A DNA stretch of 64,000 bases from Eledone cirrhosa (lineage: Eukaryota). The stretch is taken from contig OZ024743.1 in the NCBI GenBank assembly GCA_964016885.1, positions 193,192,001-193,256,000 on the forward strand, written 5' to 3'. The position numbers were made by a program, and so were the translations under genes. Positions within the stretch are counted from its first letter, which is position 1, and every line of letters starts with the position of its first letter. The notes beneath the pieces are model-generated. The model was given only the letters and a program-made list of their open reading frames with translations. It did no database searches and was not told where the DNA came from. Shown in pieces: positions 26,233 through 40,209 of this stretch.

Positions 26233-27480
26233 CATCATCATCATTTTATGTCCGCTTTTCCCAGCTTGCAAGAGTGGAACGGGTCCTATTCAGCACAGCA
26301 TCTCTCCACTTGTCACGGTCCTTCATCATCTCCACCGTGAGCTTCAGCGATCTCATTTCTTTCCAGCCATCGCATATCCTCTGCAGTTGCTGCCCATGTC
26401 TTACTACGATGCAGCATCGCTCATCTCACACAAGCATCATATAACTGGCCTTTCATACGCAGGGAGAAACCCTTCTTCGTTAGCAGAGGAAGCAGCTCCC
26501 TAAGCTTCTTCCAACCAGTCCTTATTCTAGATACTATGGCCTCAGAACACCCCCCTCCCATGCTAATCTGATCACCTAGGAAGCTATCAACCGCTTCCAT
26601 AGCACCCACCTGCATTTGAAAAATGTGTCTATCAATGCGATTTCTACTGTCAAATTTCCCTGTACATCTACTGCATACGTATTTTTCCCCACCTGTTAGT
26701 TTTGTGTACCCAAGATCTGCATGGTGTACATTTTATAGAATTTATGCCAGTTTCTTTTCTGCATATCGAACATGGCCATTTCCCTGATGGAATCAGAGTT
26801 TTGTCCTCTTTTCTACTCATCAACACTTTTGTCTTAGCTAGGTTCACTCTCAGTCCTCTTAATTCCAACTGCTGTTTCCATAGCCAGAATTTATTCTCTA
26901 GCTCCTCTACTGATTCTGCTATAAGAACCAGATTGTCAGCATAGAGAAGTTCCAATGGACAGCCAGTCTTAAACTCCTCTGTTATGGCTTGGAGGACTAT
27001 AATGAACAAGAGCAGGCTGAGGACCAAACCCTGATGTACTCCTGCTTGTATCTGGAATTCCTCACTAAACTCCATTCCTACCCTCACTTTACTGACAACA
27101 CCTCTGTACAAAGCTTGCACTGTCCTTACCACCTAGTTTCCTTAGGGACCACTAGATGACAGATCGGGGTACCCTATTAAAAGCCTTCTCTAGGTCAACA
27201 AAAGCTAAGTATAGTGGCTTATTCTTCTCTAAGAACCTCTCTTGTAGTTGCCTCACTAAGAAGAGGGCATCTGTTGTACTTTTCCCAGGCACAAAACCAA
27301 ACTGCCTTTCATCTACTTTGAGTCTTTCTCTAAATAGTTGCGCTAATACTGCCACTGTCATAACCTGATCCATCAGTTTTATGCCCCTATAATTGCTCCT
27401 CTCCAGAGCATCCCCATTACGTTTGTAGCAATTTATGAGAATACTGCTGCACCAGTTTTTGGGTATGACACATGTGCCTG
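26233..27480 (-). mobile_element. Decayed, internally deleted RTE LINE
   Basis: Frameshifted RT motifs (NYRGIKL, QFGFVPG, FVDLEKAF, LLYADN, WPCSIC) and (ATG)n tail. Confidence 0.9.
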
Positions 27481-28827
27481 CAAAATGAATAGCTACTTGC
27501 ATTTTAATACCATGAATAGACTACTTTATTGATCAAACAACTGAACCGACCAAGATCCAACACATTAGTATAGTATGGGATGTATATTTTGCTTCTTGAA
27601 ATAATATACAACACGTCTCAAACACGTGGTCTGTTGACTGCAGACTACTTTTCTATAGCTCACACCAGAACAATATTTGTGACTAATATTTGTCCCTTGT
27701 GTATGTAGGTTAGAAAGGGAAAATCCATCCACCTACATTTTGTACTAATTCACATCCCACTTACTATCATATGTGTATTCATTTTGAAGTAAAAAAAATA
27801 AAAAAATAAACAACAGCTTATCAGCAGTATTGCAAGTTAATATAATTGGTGGAAATCATGCCACCCCACCCTATCTCATTTGTGGCCCACTGTGCCTCTA
27901 TACCAACATTGTATACTTAAGGGAAACTTCAGAAGTTATACAGCAGTGAGCTGTGCTTCTTCAGTTTATCTCTGTCAAGCTAAGTATACTAAGTTATCAC
28001 AAATTAAGTATGTTTGCCAAGTTTGATAATAGCAGAACATTCAAGAAAGCTTATGAATTGATAACCACTAAGCCAGTAAATTAACAAATTGTTTTATTTG
28101 TCACTGAATATGTATAGGTGCAAGCATGATTGTGTGGTCAGTTTGATCCTACTGCGTTGCACTTAGGGCAAGTGTATTCTACTATAGCCTTTCTTGTGAG
28201 TGAAACTAGGAGACAGAAAATGTGAGGAAGCCAGTTGAATATATTTCTGATATACATTTAAAAAAATACAGCTTTGTATTGACTTTCTTTAACACATGTG
28301 CAATCTTCTTCTTTGTCCACTTATTACTGAAAGGGTTGTAGGGACAAAGTCCTCAAACACTCCTTCCAGCGAGTCATGTCAGATGCAACTGGCTGCAATT
28401 GATCTGGCTGGATCCCCAGGTGATACCAGCTGAGCTCAAGGATGTTATCCCCTGGGTTTCCTGTCAGTTGGTTTTGCCCATAAAATCTGTCCAGTGATTC
28501 TTTCCTAACCATAACCACATGTGCAAATGTGTATGAAATATATTCAAAATCAGGGACAAATCCAGACAACAGCTTATGTACAGATACAAAGTAATATCAT
28601 TTTCCAGTGATTACTTTTACACAATATCCTTTATTTGGTAAATATAATACAATAAAATTGACAAAAGGTAGAGGGATAAGTATATCAAGTGGGTTTGGGT
28701 AGGTAGAAGTCAAGTAGGAGTCTGACAGTTTAGAGAAATAGAGGCTGTTGTAGGATGTTGTTGAGTTTGTGTGTACATGTATGCAGATGTGTAAATGTAT
28801 AATTTTGGACAAATAGCATATACTTAC

Positions 28828-29095
28828 TTGAATATATCAAACGTAAGAGCTTGATCACCGACACTGATAAACTTTTCTCGGAAATTGAGACCATATGGTG
28901 ACTGGTCAAGTACAGAGATGCTGCCAAGTTGACCAACAACATGTGTATTGCCATCGTGCAAGGACAAATTGGCTTTCAGATTAGAGACTGTTGCTCGAGC
29001 CAGTTCATACTCTGGTTTGTTCATAATCAGCGTGAGGCTTTCAATATTCATGTGAAACTCTGAGTTAACAACTTCTTCACCTTGAATCGAGTTGT
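28828..29095 (-). CDS. VPS13D: VPS13D exon (268 nt, phase 1-2)
   Basis: ttttag|ACAAC...TTCAA|gtaagt; SLTLIMNKPEYELARA. Confidence 0.9.
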
Positions 29096-29247
29096 CTAAA
29101 AGATATAACAGACACAAGACTTCATTAAAAATGATATATATATATATATACATACACACACACAAAATAGAATATGACAAAGGAAACATCATATACTCTT
29201 GAAACAACTTATCTTGAAAATGAGAGAAGTGAGAAAGATTGAAATAA

Positions 29248-29465
29248 CCCTTTAGCATTTACATTACTCTATATTATCTATTGTATTTTCACAGTAAACA
29301 CTTTATTTCACATAATTATCTTACACAATATCAAATCTATGAGATTTTGATATTTATTTTGAGAACAATACCTTAACATAAATATGAGCAGCCAGTTGTG
29401 GCCAGTTTGAACAGAACGAAGTGAGAGAATTCTGGCCAGATATGGCCAGTTTAAATGCTAAAGGA
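29248..29465. mobile_element. piggyBac-type MITE, second copy in the opposite orientation
   Basis: ccctttagcatttac ... ttaaatgctaaagga|ttaa; interior homologous to 23429-23610. Confidence 0.75.
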
Positions 29466-29979
29466 TTAAACACAATATTAAACATTCACCACTACCACCA
29501 TCATCAACTTCAATTTCGATTTCATCACCGTTTTATGTCCACTGTTGTTATTATGGTTCCCACCTGCAAAAACTTAGCTCGTCTTCTCTGATGTCTCTCA
29601 TTGGAGATTTGTTGAGTGTTTTAATGAAAGGGATCCCAATCTTGTCATGTCACAATTTTCCCAGTCACAGGAGGCAGGATTTGAATTGTAGAACATACAG
29701 AACAGGAAAAAATACTGTAAGACATCTCATCTAATGTTCTATCAACACTGCCAATCCACTACCCTGGATTGGTATTTTATCAATTCTGAAAGGATGAAAG
29801 GCAAATTTGACCCCTCTGGGATTTGAAATCAGTGTATAGAATACAATGGTGGAGAACTAAACATTGATTTCTAATATAGGCCAATCTAAATATTGCAAGA
29901 TGTTTTGTCTGATACTATAGAGATTTTATTACTGACTGCTAAAAGAAAAACAAACAAATAAGTTAATAAAAGGTACTAC

Positions 29980-30148
29980 CTTCAGTGTCCAACGAAGAGT
30001 TTTGACTGTTTGAGAAAACATTTGGTGACTGGGCACCAGCTTCTTTAAATTTAGCTCCAAGGCCAAGGAAATCGAGTAACACAACCCAAGTCTGTAGATT
30101 GATGGTTGTATCCAAACTGCTAAACTGGATATCAATGGAGCGATTGAT
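29980..30148 (-). CDS. VPS13D: VPS13D exon (169 nt, phase 0-1)
   Basis: aaag|ATCAATCGC...GAAG|gtagt; INRSIDIQFSSLDTTINLQTWVVLLDFLG. Confidence 0.85.
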
Positions 30149-30802
30149 CTTTTTAAAAATAAACAAATAAAGAAAACCATATCAATACAAGAGTGACCTT
30201 ATCAATATTTTTGTTTACATCAGAAAACCTATTGCAGTTTTCCCCCATAAATCCATTATAAATCGTAGAAATGGAGAAAAATGAAGATTACAGATTCCTA
30301 GATTTGATATAAGATGCATCATAAGCCCCATCATATTGGATAAGTCTGACATACAGCATGTATGTATGAACCTGTAAATCTTGAAGAAGCTGTAGTGATA
30401 TATAGCATTTATTGGTTATTTTAAACCGTTAAAGCCCATCCCTTCTCTAGGTTTGAACACAGCCGATCAATTTCTTCTTGAGAAGGAAGAGAGAGAGAGA
30501 GTGATTGAGAGAAAGTAAGAAAGATATAGTGGAAGAATCGACCCCAGTACTAGACTGGTATCTTATTTATTAACCTTGAAAAGTTGAAAGGAATTTTATT
30601 TATTAACCTTGAAAAGTTGACCCCAGTAGGATTTGAACTCAGAGCGCAGAGAGCTGGAATGAATACTGTAAAGCATTTTATCTGACATTCTAATGATTCT
30701 GCCAATTTGCTACCTTCTTGCTGTACAATATTCTATTCTGTTTTACATGCATTTTCCAAATGATGTGATGGTTTATTTGTAAAGTTGGAAGCACGTTATT
30801 GC

Positions 30803-31580
30803 TTCTTCTTCTCTTCTTCGCTCACTTATTCCTGGGAAGGTCGTGGGAGCAGAGTCCTTAACCACTCATTTCCAGTGGATCCTGTCAGAAGTAATCGTCT
30901 CCAACTGAACCAGCTGGATGCCTAAGTGAAACCAGCCAAGCTCATGAATGTTATCTAGCCATCTTGTTTGGGGTCTACCCTTGGGTCTCCTACCAGTTGG
31001 TTTTGCCTATAAAATCTGTCTAGCGATTCCTTCCTGAGACATTCTAACCACATGCCCATAGTATCGGAGCCTGAGATGTTAAAAGCCTTAAATAGAGAAG
31101 GTATATCTGGCTACTCGTGTGTGCCAGGTGGGCTGAATCTTTGAAAAGGCACCTAAACAAAGGCAATCGAGAGTGATAATCCCAATCTTCAAAAAGGGTA
31201 GACAAGAGAGATTATTCCAATTACAGAGGGATCTCCTTGTTAAGCCTCCTTGGTAAAGTCTATGCTAAGTGTCTGGCAAAAAGATGTAGGGATATTGTCA
31301 AGTCCAAGCTAGCAGATGAACAATAGTTTTCACCCCAGACGCAGCACAGCTGACCAAATAGTTACACTGTGGCAGGTCTTCGAGAAATCATTGGAGTATT
31401 GCCAAGAGGTATATTCCAGTTTTGTAGACCTCGAAAAGGCATATGACAACGTTCCTCGGGACTGCTGTGGAAGGTTCTGCATGCGTATGGGATCGATGGT
31501 CAGTTTCTTGTTGCCCAGATGTCTCTATACAAATGCCTGAGTATTTGTGTTTGTATAAATGGTGCTAAATCAAAACCATG
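30803..31580. mobile_element. Fragments of a different RTE-like LINE: 3' end on minus with a (GAA)n-like tail, joined to an RT fragment on plus; related 3' fragment about 28310-28530
   Basis: IPIFKKG, NYRGISLLS, FVDLEKAYD motifs on plus; WLDNI/RPKGRP remnant on minus. Confidence 0.7.
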
Positions 31581-32170
31581 TTATTGCTAACCATTAAATT
31601 ATGGTGTAGAAGTAGTGTCTGCTTACATTTTTGGCTTTCTTCTTTATTCAGTGAGGCAAACTGAAACAAGTAGTGCTAAGTGCATTGCTAAGGGACACAG
31701 CACAACAGCTATAGTATAAGCTGAAATTCTAACCATGTTGGCAATTAGTCCAGCATCATAATCTTCCTATAACCATCATTGTTACTATAATCATCATCAT
31801 TAAGGTTGGTAGATTGACAGAATTGGTAGAACGTCAGACAAAATGCTTTGTGGCATTTAGTTACAGATCTTTACGTTGTGAGTTCAAATCTCTCTGAGAT
31901 CAACTTTGCCTTTCATTGTTCTGAGGCAAACGAAATAAGGGACGAGTCAAACTCTGGGTGCGATATAATTGACTTTGCTCTTCCTACAAATTGCTGGTCT
32001 TGTGCCAATATTAGAAAGATTTATCATCATTAACATTTCAGATGAGTTCACTATACTTACTATTCAGTACATCTGACATCATTAATAAATAAATTACAAT
32101 GTTAAGAAAAAGATTATTTCTTCTACAGTAGTTATATTTTTAAGAAAAACCAAAAATCTTTTGTATTCAC

Positions 32171-32309
32171 CTGTTTATAGGTTTCTTGAAAGTGAGGACA
32201 TTTACTATCAACTAGGACTATATTAATGTGAACCAGAGGTCCACTGCTGTTAATTTGTTCCATTGAATCCATAGGAGAAGGTGGTGGTGTGCAAGGATAA
32301 CATCTCTCA
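32171..32309 (-). CDS. VPS13D: VPS13D exon (139 nt, phase 2-0)
   Basis: ctttcag|TGAG...AAACAG|gtgaat; YPCTPPPSP...LVHINIVLVDSKCPHF. Confidence 0.85.
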
Positions 32310-33301
32310 CTGAAAGATAAGGTTTAAAATGCTTATAATAAAAAAACAACACAATTAATATAATAAATTGAAGTATAGATAGAAATGATATCATTATTAT
32401 TATTACATTGACTTTTCTATGCTGGCATGAGTTGGACGTGACTTTAAGGCAATGTTTTACAGAAGATGCCCTTTCTAATACAACCCTTCTAGTCACTTCT
32501 TAGGACATACAGGGATACAGTGTACCTATTTTAAACTGGATACAAACAGCCATATGTATTTAGAAATTTATGGGGAAACACATCACATTGAGTGTAGGTC
32601 TAGTTAGTTGAGCAATGCCTATTTCTTTCCATCATCATCATCACCGTTTAATGTCTAGTTTTCCTATGCTTGCATGGGTTAGACGGGTTGCCCACATCAT
32701 GAGACAAGTCTGGCCAGTTGGCCACACCATGCCTTGCTCAGATGGAACTAATTTGGCAGGGATTTCTACACCTGGATGCCCTTCCTAACACCAACCACAT
32801 TTACAGTGTGGAACACGATGGCACTATTATGAGGATGGTTTGGCCAGTTAGCCGTGCTGTGCCCTGCACATATCGGAACCATAATTTGGGAGGTCTGGCC
32901 AGTTGGCTGCACCTTGCCTTTCTCATAATGGGGATGTGTTACTGGGTGGTTAGAGGTATAGAAATCTAGGTGTTGTAGATAGTATGTGACTTGAGGGGTT
33001 ACACACTTTATGACTGATGAGAAGAGGAGAGATGAGTGAGTCAAGAAGCTATTGTAGTAGTGATAGAAAATGCAGAGAGAGGAAGCAACTCATCTGTGAG
33101 TGTTTTTCTGGTTGCAGTTACTTTAACAACAATCAAATATCAGGGAGGAGCGGGGTGGATTTTGAACTTATAACCACGAGTTAAGTGGTCCAACACAAAT
33201 GATAATCAATATGTCAGTATGAGTTGTCTAGTAATCTATGGAAAGAAATCAATATAAATGAAAACAAAGACAAAGATAGATCAACAACAAACAGAACTCA
33301 C

Positions 33302-33842
33302 TTGCTTTCTTCTGCAGTCATTTTTCTTTGATTACTTCCTAAACCATTTTTCTTAGAATGGGACATAAAAACATTTTCTTCATGAAAACTTGAAGGCAAA
33401 GAACCTGGCATTTTGGGTTTAGGAACCATTATTGTACAATCAGGACAAGATGTTGATAAATTAGAACCTCGTTTATCTTCTTTAGGATCTGGTTCATCCT
33501 TTTTTGATGAAACCATTAAATATCGAGGTTTAGAATCATGTGTCTCTAATAAATCTTCCATGGTAAGTGATTTAAGAGAAAGGTCAAATGAAGACACATA
33601 ATTGTCCATTCGGTGATAGACAAGGATGAGATCTTGTAAGCAAAGATCAACAAGTCCTTTTGGAGAGTCAGGTCCAAATTCCCCCTGCATCTCTACACTG
33701 AACATTGCCACTTCAAAGCGTGCTTCCAATGGAAGACTAGTTGGAACTTGTTTTGATGAGTGTGAAGATTCACTGCTTCCTGTACGAATTATCTTGGCAA
33801 TATCTGATTCAGTAGAAGAATCTAGTTTCAATGCTGAAACTC
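33302..33842 (-). CDS. VPS13D: VPS13D exon (541 nt, phase 1-2)
   Basis: ttgacag|GAGTT...AGCAA|gtgagt; LKSLTMEDLL, LSTSCP. Confidence 0.85.
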
Positions 33843-34444
33843 CTGTCAAAAACAAACGAAAGAATAAGAAAATAAAAATCATTTGTCAAAATTTAAGAAC
33901 AGCTAAAAAAAAACAAAAAAAAAACAAACAAAAAAAAACAGTTACCTTAATATGCACTTTTGTGTAGGGGTGGGGCCCTCAGAGAATGAAATGTTTATCA
34001 CCCTTTTGCAGGGAAGAAGGAACTATAACTCATGGAATGCTGCAGTTAGAAGCAATGTGTCAAGATAATGAATTATCCTCAGACCAGAGACTAAGTCCAA
34101 ATGGTTGTAACAGAGAGGACTCCACAAAAGATACTGAAAGGTCGGGTGGTGGTGTTAAATCAACTGACATAGTGGTGATTGCCACTAAACTGTAAAAGGT
34201 TTACTCCCATTCCAATAAACTATTTTTCTTTCAGTTCATACATGCATTATTATAGTTCCTTTTAAGCAATTAAACATATTTTCTGAACATAAATATTTAA
34301 ACAGAGATGGCATGGCAACAGAAGAGAAATACTCTAGGTTTGATAAAGCTGGCTCATATTCATTGATAATTTTATCTTACTGTTTTTTTCCTTAATGCAG
34401 AGAAGCTCCTGTACATACACTCAATATATACATAATTACATGTA

Positions 34445-34646
34445 TAAAAATGAGTACACACACATACTTCTATATATACAAACATGCACGTTTTCATATA
34501 TATATGTATGTGAGCATATAAGTTTGTATACAATTTGTACATGTATGAGTACACACACAAATGCATACTTCTATATATACAAACATGCAAGTTTACATAT
34601 GTATTTATGTGAGCATATAAGTTTGTATACAATTTGTACATGTATG
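34445..34646. repeat. Tandem duplication, about 98-bp unit, 2 copies
   Basis: gagcatataagtttgtatacaatttgtacatgtatg recurs at 34513 and 34611. Confidence 0.75.
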
Positions 34647-36070
34647 TGTTAACAGAGACTCATAAACACAGATAATTATTGAAATCTGGTTGAAAGGTGA
34701 TTTATTTTTCTACAGAAGTATAAATCTCAGCCTATGCCATTGAAATGAAGATTCTAGTAATATATTCACATAATCTTTGTGTACTTTATAATGTTTTTAT
34801 TTTCAATTTTTTCTCCATCGTCTTTCATTAAATTCTTCAGATAACTTGGGTTAAGCATGTCTTAAAATTAAAATAAGACATGATTTCCAAGTGTGTATTT
34901 TTTTATGATTGAAAAATCTTTTTAATAACGACCAAACTATAAAACAAAAAGGATAAGCTACTGGTTCAAAAATATTTTTTCCAACTACTGACCATTTCAA
35001 TTTTTTTTCTAATTTTCTAAAACGCATTTAGAATGGTTTAGCCTACAGTTTACCAACAATTGCTTAATTTGCCATTTATAAGTTTATGCATTCAAGAGAT
35101 TAAATTCAAGTAATTTTATTTCACTCCAGTTCCATTGCGCTTTATGGTTTCATTTATTAAAAAGTACAAATAAACATTTGTACTTTTGTAACTTTTGTAA
35201 ATTAAAAATATATTGAAACATATTTTTCATTAGTGCCAGCAGTTCATTAGTATAGCAAGAAGAGGCAGTTGACCCTGGCTATAGGTGTGAAAGGATACAA
35301 ACTGTCCTCTGACTTATGCCTGTTAATTAAGATAAGGGCACTAAAAGTGTCATTGGCTCTGGGTGCTGAATGCCCTTATTATGCCACTGGGAGCAGTCAT
35401 ATTAAATTGAAATCAGGAATATGTTTACTGATTAGGTTCTCAGATAGTGCTGTATACATTGCCACTTTTGTTCTGTATTATTTTCCACTGTGGAAGGAAG
35501 AGGTTGTTGGTCTAAAATGGAAACTTAATCCCATTCTTGCATATAATTTCCATTTTCATGACATACATGTTTTGTTATTTCTGACCTTGTTGTGTCATCT
35601 GTGGTTAGAGTCAGCTAGATATACAGTAAAAAGTAGCATAATATATCTTGACTCATCATCATCACAGTTTAAATGTGTATTTCCCATGCTTGTATGGGTT
35701 TGACAGATTGTCACGTAGTGCTGTCAGTGAGGTCAAGTGACTACATCTTGCTTGTACACTCCATTTTTGACTATTTTGTATGGTTGGATGCCATTCCTAA
35801 TGACAACTACTTTACAGCATGTACTGTAAACATTTTAATGTGACACTTGCACCATTATGTTACAGGATAGACTGAGTGCTTTTTATTGAGTTACTGATAA
35901 AAAGGAACAATATAATTAACTAACATACTATGGATTCAAAGGCATTTACATCAACTACTAAATTATCTTAACTATAGAAAGAAACAGAAAATAAATAGGA
36001 TGAATAGATTTTTTAAAATATTAAAAAAAAAACACAAAACAGAACAGATAAATACAGTATCTTTACTTAC

Positions 36071-37417
36071 CTGGTAAATATGAAGAACTATTATCACCTT
36101 CACTAGAAATTGAGAAAGTAACCGTCTCCTCATTTAAGCCACTTAATGTTAAGTTATGACGAGTCTCAAGAATCTGTTCATAGACAGCCTTAGAAAGAAC
36201 AAATTTACATGGTGTTGCCATTACAATCTTAACAGATAATGACTGAGAAGGGGCTGAAGGAGATTTTTTATCTTCAGTGTCAGATGTGAAGTTATATGAG
36301 AAGGCTGTTTTGAGAGAACGTGATGGTAAAGGTGTGTTTTCGTCTATGCCTGGTGAGCAAGGTGACTGGCATGTGATGTCGTACTCAAGAACATGTAAAG
36401 TTATTTCTATATTTGTATCATACAGTACTGGGTTACATTTACGGAACTTGTCATCCTTGAACAGGCGTTCACTGTCAAGTCCTCGACAGTCAAATACACG
36501 TTCATAAATATTAAATGTAGTTAAGTTCAATGCATACAAACTCATCTTGTCAACACGAATACTAATGCAGTCCTTGACATCTTTCTTTGTAATTGATTCA
36601 ACAGGCATATTTTTTATGGAGATTTCTCCAAGGCAAGCCATTAGCACTTCAGAACTGGTTTGTTTTCGAGGTAGAAATACAATTGGCGTTTCTATTTGCA
36701 TGTCAATGTTAATCTTCAGCTCGTCTGGTGGGGAAGTTGTTAATGAACCAGTGAGAAACTGTTCCTCACTATAAGACATGTCTGGAGGGAAGAAGTCATT
36801 CATCTCAAAGGACTGGCTCTCAGGTTTACGCTGATTCGGTGGAGAATGAATATAATCATTGCTATTAGTGTTACCCATCGGGAAATTGCCACTTGCAGTT
36901 TCCATACGCTTAGCAACAAGACTTTTGGCAACTTCTTTTGCAGCATGCTTTATTGAAGAAGCTACATTTGAAGTATAGTCTTTGAAGCTGGAAAGACATT
37001 CAGATAGTTCTCGTAAAAATAATGGAGAATGTATATAAATGACTGATGCCATCCTGATCTTTACAGAAACATCCTTCTTTGAAACAGCAGAGTTTCCATT
37101 AACTGTATAGATAAGGCTTTCATTAATTGGAAGAAGTGGAAAAGAAGAAGAAAGTAAAGCTGCATGTCCCAGGTATCTCTCAAGTTGGAAGGTTAAAGCA
37201 TAGCTATTTCTAGATGTGTTAAGTAAGGTCTCATTTTCCCAATTGCAGGATTTTGTTTGGTTTGAACTGTATACCTGAACCAGATCAGAATTGCTTTGGA
37301 AACTTGGAATTGTCGACAGCTTGCCAACTTGTAATAGATATTGATGTTTGTGGGCTTCAGGCATTACATTTACAATGTGAAATCCTTCTAATGAACCAGC
37401 CACTTCAAGTTTTTCAC
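36071..37417 (-). CDS. VPS13D: VPS13D large exon (1347 nt, phase 1-1)
   Basis: Poly-T tract then aaaccag|GTGAA...CCAG|gtaagt; within the 499-aa ORF; MASVIYIHSPLFL, IETPIVFLP, CLGEISIKN. Confidence 0.9.
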
Positions 37418-37420
37418 CTG

Positions 37421-37465
<45 letters not shown>

Positions 37466-38150
37466 AATATTTATAGTAGTAGTAGTATTTTACAAACAAG
37501 TATTTAGAGAGAAAATAAGAAAAAGAAAAATTAATTTTTAAATTAATTCTTTTTGACCACATGTTTAATATTGATCATGGTACAAAAAAAAAAAGAAGAA
37601 AAATGTGTAGCAACTAAATGACCAAAGTTGTATTGATTTCAAAATGAATAGTAACAATAGTTGGCTACAAGAAAAAAAATATATATAAACAATAGTGATG
37701 AATTATGAGCCAAAGAAGGATCCTACTCCAGGCTATGGAGGAGTTTCTTTGTGGTATGATGATGTATTAAGCAAATGAAAATCTAAAGGTATTGCATTCT
37801 CTTTATACTTTTTTCCTAGTGCAAAAACTAGACTTTAAATGATGATGATCATTTTGTTTGTTTTCCAGGCTTATCACAGTTTGATATTAGATTAGCTGAT
37901 ATTAGATGTTGCTCATATATTCCATATTTTGGCATGATTTTTAGATGCCAACATCTTTAAAGAGTGTACTGGGTGCATTTTACCATGGAACTGGTACTAG
38001 CTCTTTACAAAGAGTACTGGATGCAATTTACCATGGCATCAGCATTACTAGTAGTATGACAAAAATATGAGCTAGTGATAACTGTAATGTCTTTAATCAT
38101 ACATTTGCTGAAACAACCTGGGGTTAAACAACAACAACACAATTACTTAC

Positions 38151-38298
38151 TTATGCGAGCATTGATCTGTGCATTGGACATAGTAATAGTGGCTACCTTT
38201 CTGGCATTTCGGCCAGAGACAGAGTCTTCAAGATGAACCAGCAGGATGTTTAAGCGATGAAAGTCAGCTGTTATGCCAATGCACATACCAGAGATACT
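38151..38298 (-). CDS. VPS13D: VPS13D exon (148 nt, phase 0-1)
   Basis: ttttcag|AGTATC...ATAA|gtaagt; ITADFHRLNILL...RKVATITM. Confidence 0.85.
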
Positions 38299-38910
38299 CT
38301 GAAAAGAAAAAAAAAAGTTCAAGATATTTAAAAAGACAAACATTTATAATTACACAGTCTTATTAGTATAACGTGTGTTGGAAAAGGAATGTTTCAACGT
38401 ATCAGATGTTAATCCTTCATCAAGGAGTTAAGTTAGGAGAAAGAGGTTGGCAGTTTGAAGAAAAAATGATGAATGTAAAATAATGTGTTATCTGTATTAT
38501 ATATATATCCAAGAGATGGCAAAATGAACAGATCTGTTTTTTTCTCTAAGAAATATTTTTCATTTCTACCCTTGCTCAGTCTCCTCCATCATTCTATTCT
38601 TTAATTTCTCATTCTATTTTCTGACGAAGTACTAGCGTCCAAAACGTTAATACTTATACTACTATATAAAACTTGAAACTAATATATATCTTCATTGTAC
38701 TTCATCATCTGTTGTGTTTTTTCCATTTACTTTTCGCATACACACACATACATACATATATATGTATGTATATATAATTCAAATTCAAGATATAATTAGA
38801 GAGAGAGAAAGAGTCATATATTTTTTGAGAAACACAGTATTTTGTACACATATTTAATCCAAATAGTATTCAGGAAGAAAATATATATACTTAAGGTGGA
38901 AAAAGTAATA

Positions 38911-39031
38911 TTCCTGACAGTACTGTTTCATAGCTCCAAGAGAACGTTAGGCCAATGGAAATTGAACTAAGTAATCAATTATCGATTCCAGTAAAATCTA
39001 ACGAAAGACAAATAGCTACTCATCAGAGGAA
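38911..39031 (-). ncRNA. Type-I hammerhead ribozyme motif with elongated stem II
   Basis: Minus strand: TTCCT-CTGATGA-GTAGCT-[78 nt]-AGCTAT-GAAAC-AGTACT-GTC-AGGAA. Confidence 0.75.
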
Positions 39032-39351
39032 CTGTCTTTAGATATGTCCCACCCTGTACAAAATACCTTCATATCTGTTGAGAGGCAAGAGTCTGAATTA
39101 GCTTCAAACCATTGTAAGAGGGGGTGGGATTGGGATAGGGGGGGGGGGGGCATACGACAGTCAGGTTTTTAAGGATGGCCTTGAGAGTTTTCTGACATAA
39201 CCTAACATACAAAAATTCTAATTTACATTGGAACCCTTTAAAATGGTTGGTTCTGTTTCATAGAATCATATGTGGTTTGGGGAGGGTTGGTATCAAATGA
39301 ATTAAAGGTACAAGTGTGTAACACACACACATATCCATATGTATATGCACT

Positions 39352-39405
<54 letters not shown>

Positions 39406-39408
<3 letters not shown>

Positions 39409-40209
39409 TCATCATCACCATCTTCGTTTAACGTCCATTTTCCATGCTAGCATGGGTTAGACGGGAGTTGTCCCACTTGAGGCAAGGTTGGTCGCGTGAC
39501 CGTGTCTCGCTCATATAGGACTATCTGGCAGGTTTTCTACGGCTGGATGCCCTTCCTAACACCAACCACATTTACAGTGTGGAACTGGGAACTTTTTACT
39601 GTGTTACCTACACGGCCACATTACAGCGTGGACTGTGTGTTTTTTTTTTTGTCGTGACACCTATACGAACTCGATCTCATTTTCTCGTGCTGTTGGTGGG
39701 AGTGGGAGGATAGGGCAGGGGCAGTAGATTAGGGTGTATATTTGGTTAAGAGGTGTCTACAGACTGTAGGTTTCGCTTTGTACATAGGCAAGGCGGGTAT
39801 TCTGTATTACTGCGTAGCGCCAAAGATATCGGTCCAGTGACATTCTCTTAGAGAGATGCAAGTGTGTGAGGTTGGAATTTATCAGATCATCCCAGGTTTT
39901 TCTGGGTCTAACTACTCCGTAACTACCATCAATTTTGATCACCCTGCACTTTTTTATGCAGCTGTCGTCTTTCATGTGCATCATGTGACCATACCAACGT
40001 AGTCTTCTCTCAAGTAAACAGCATCTGATCCCTCTTATTCCTAATTTCTCACTTAGTTCATTTATGCTTTGCCGTTCACGTATATTACTATTACACATCC
40101 AACGGAGCATGCAAGCTTCGTTCCTTTCCAGCCTACGCAGGTCCTCTGCACGTAATGCCCATGTCTCACTGCCATGTAGTATTGCTGTTCGTATACAGGC
40201 ATCATACAA

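Noticed and set aside
37425-37462. Long poly-A run as a retrocopy tail
   Set aside because: On the minus strand it is the poly-T pyrimidine tract of the acceptor for exon 36071-37417; no attached retroposed body is evident.
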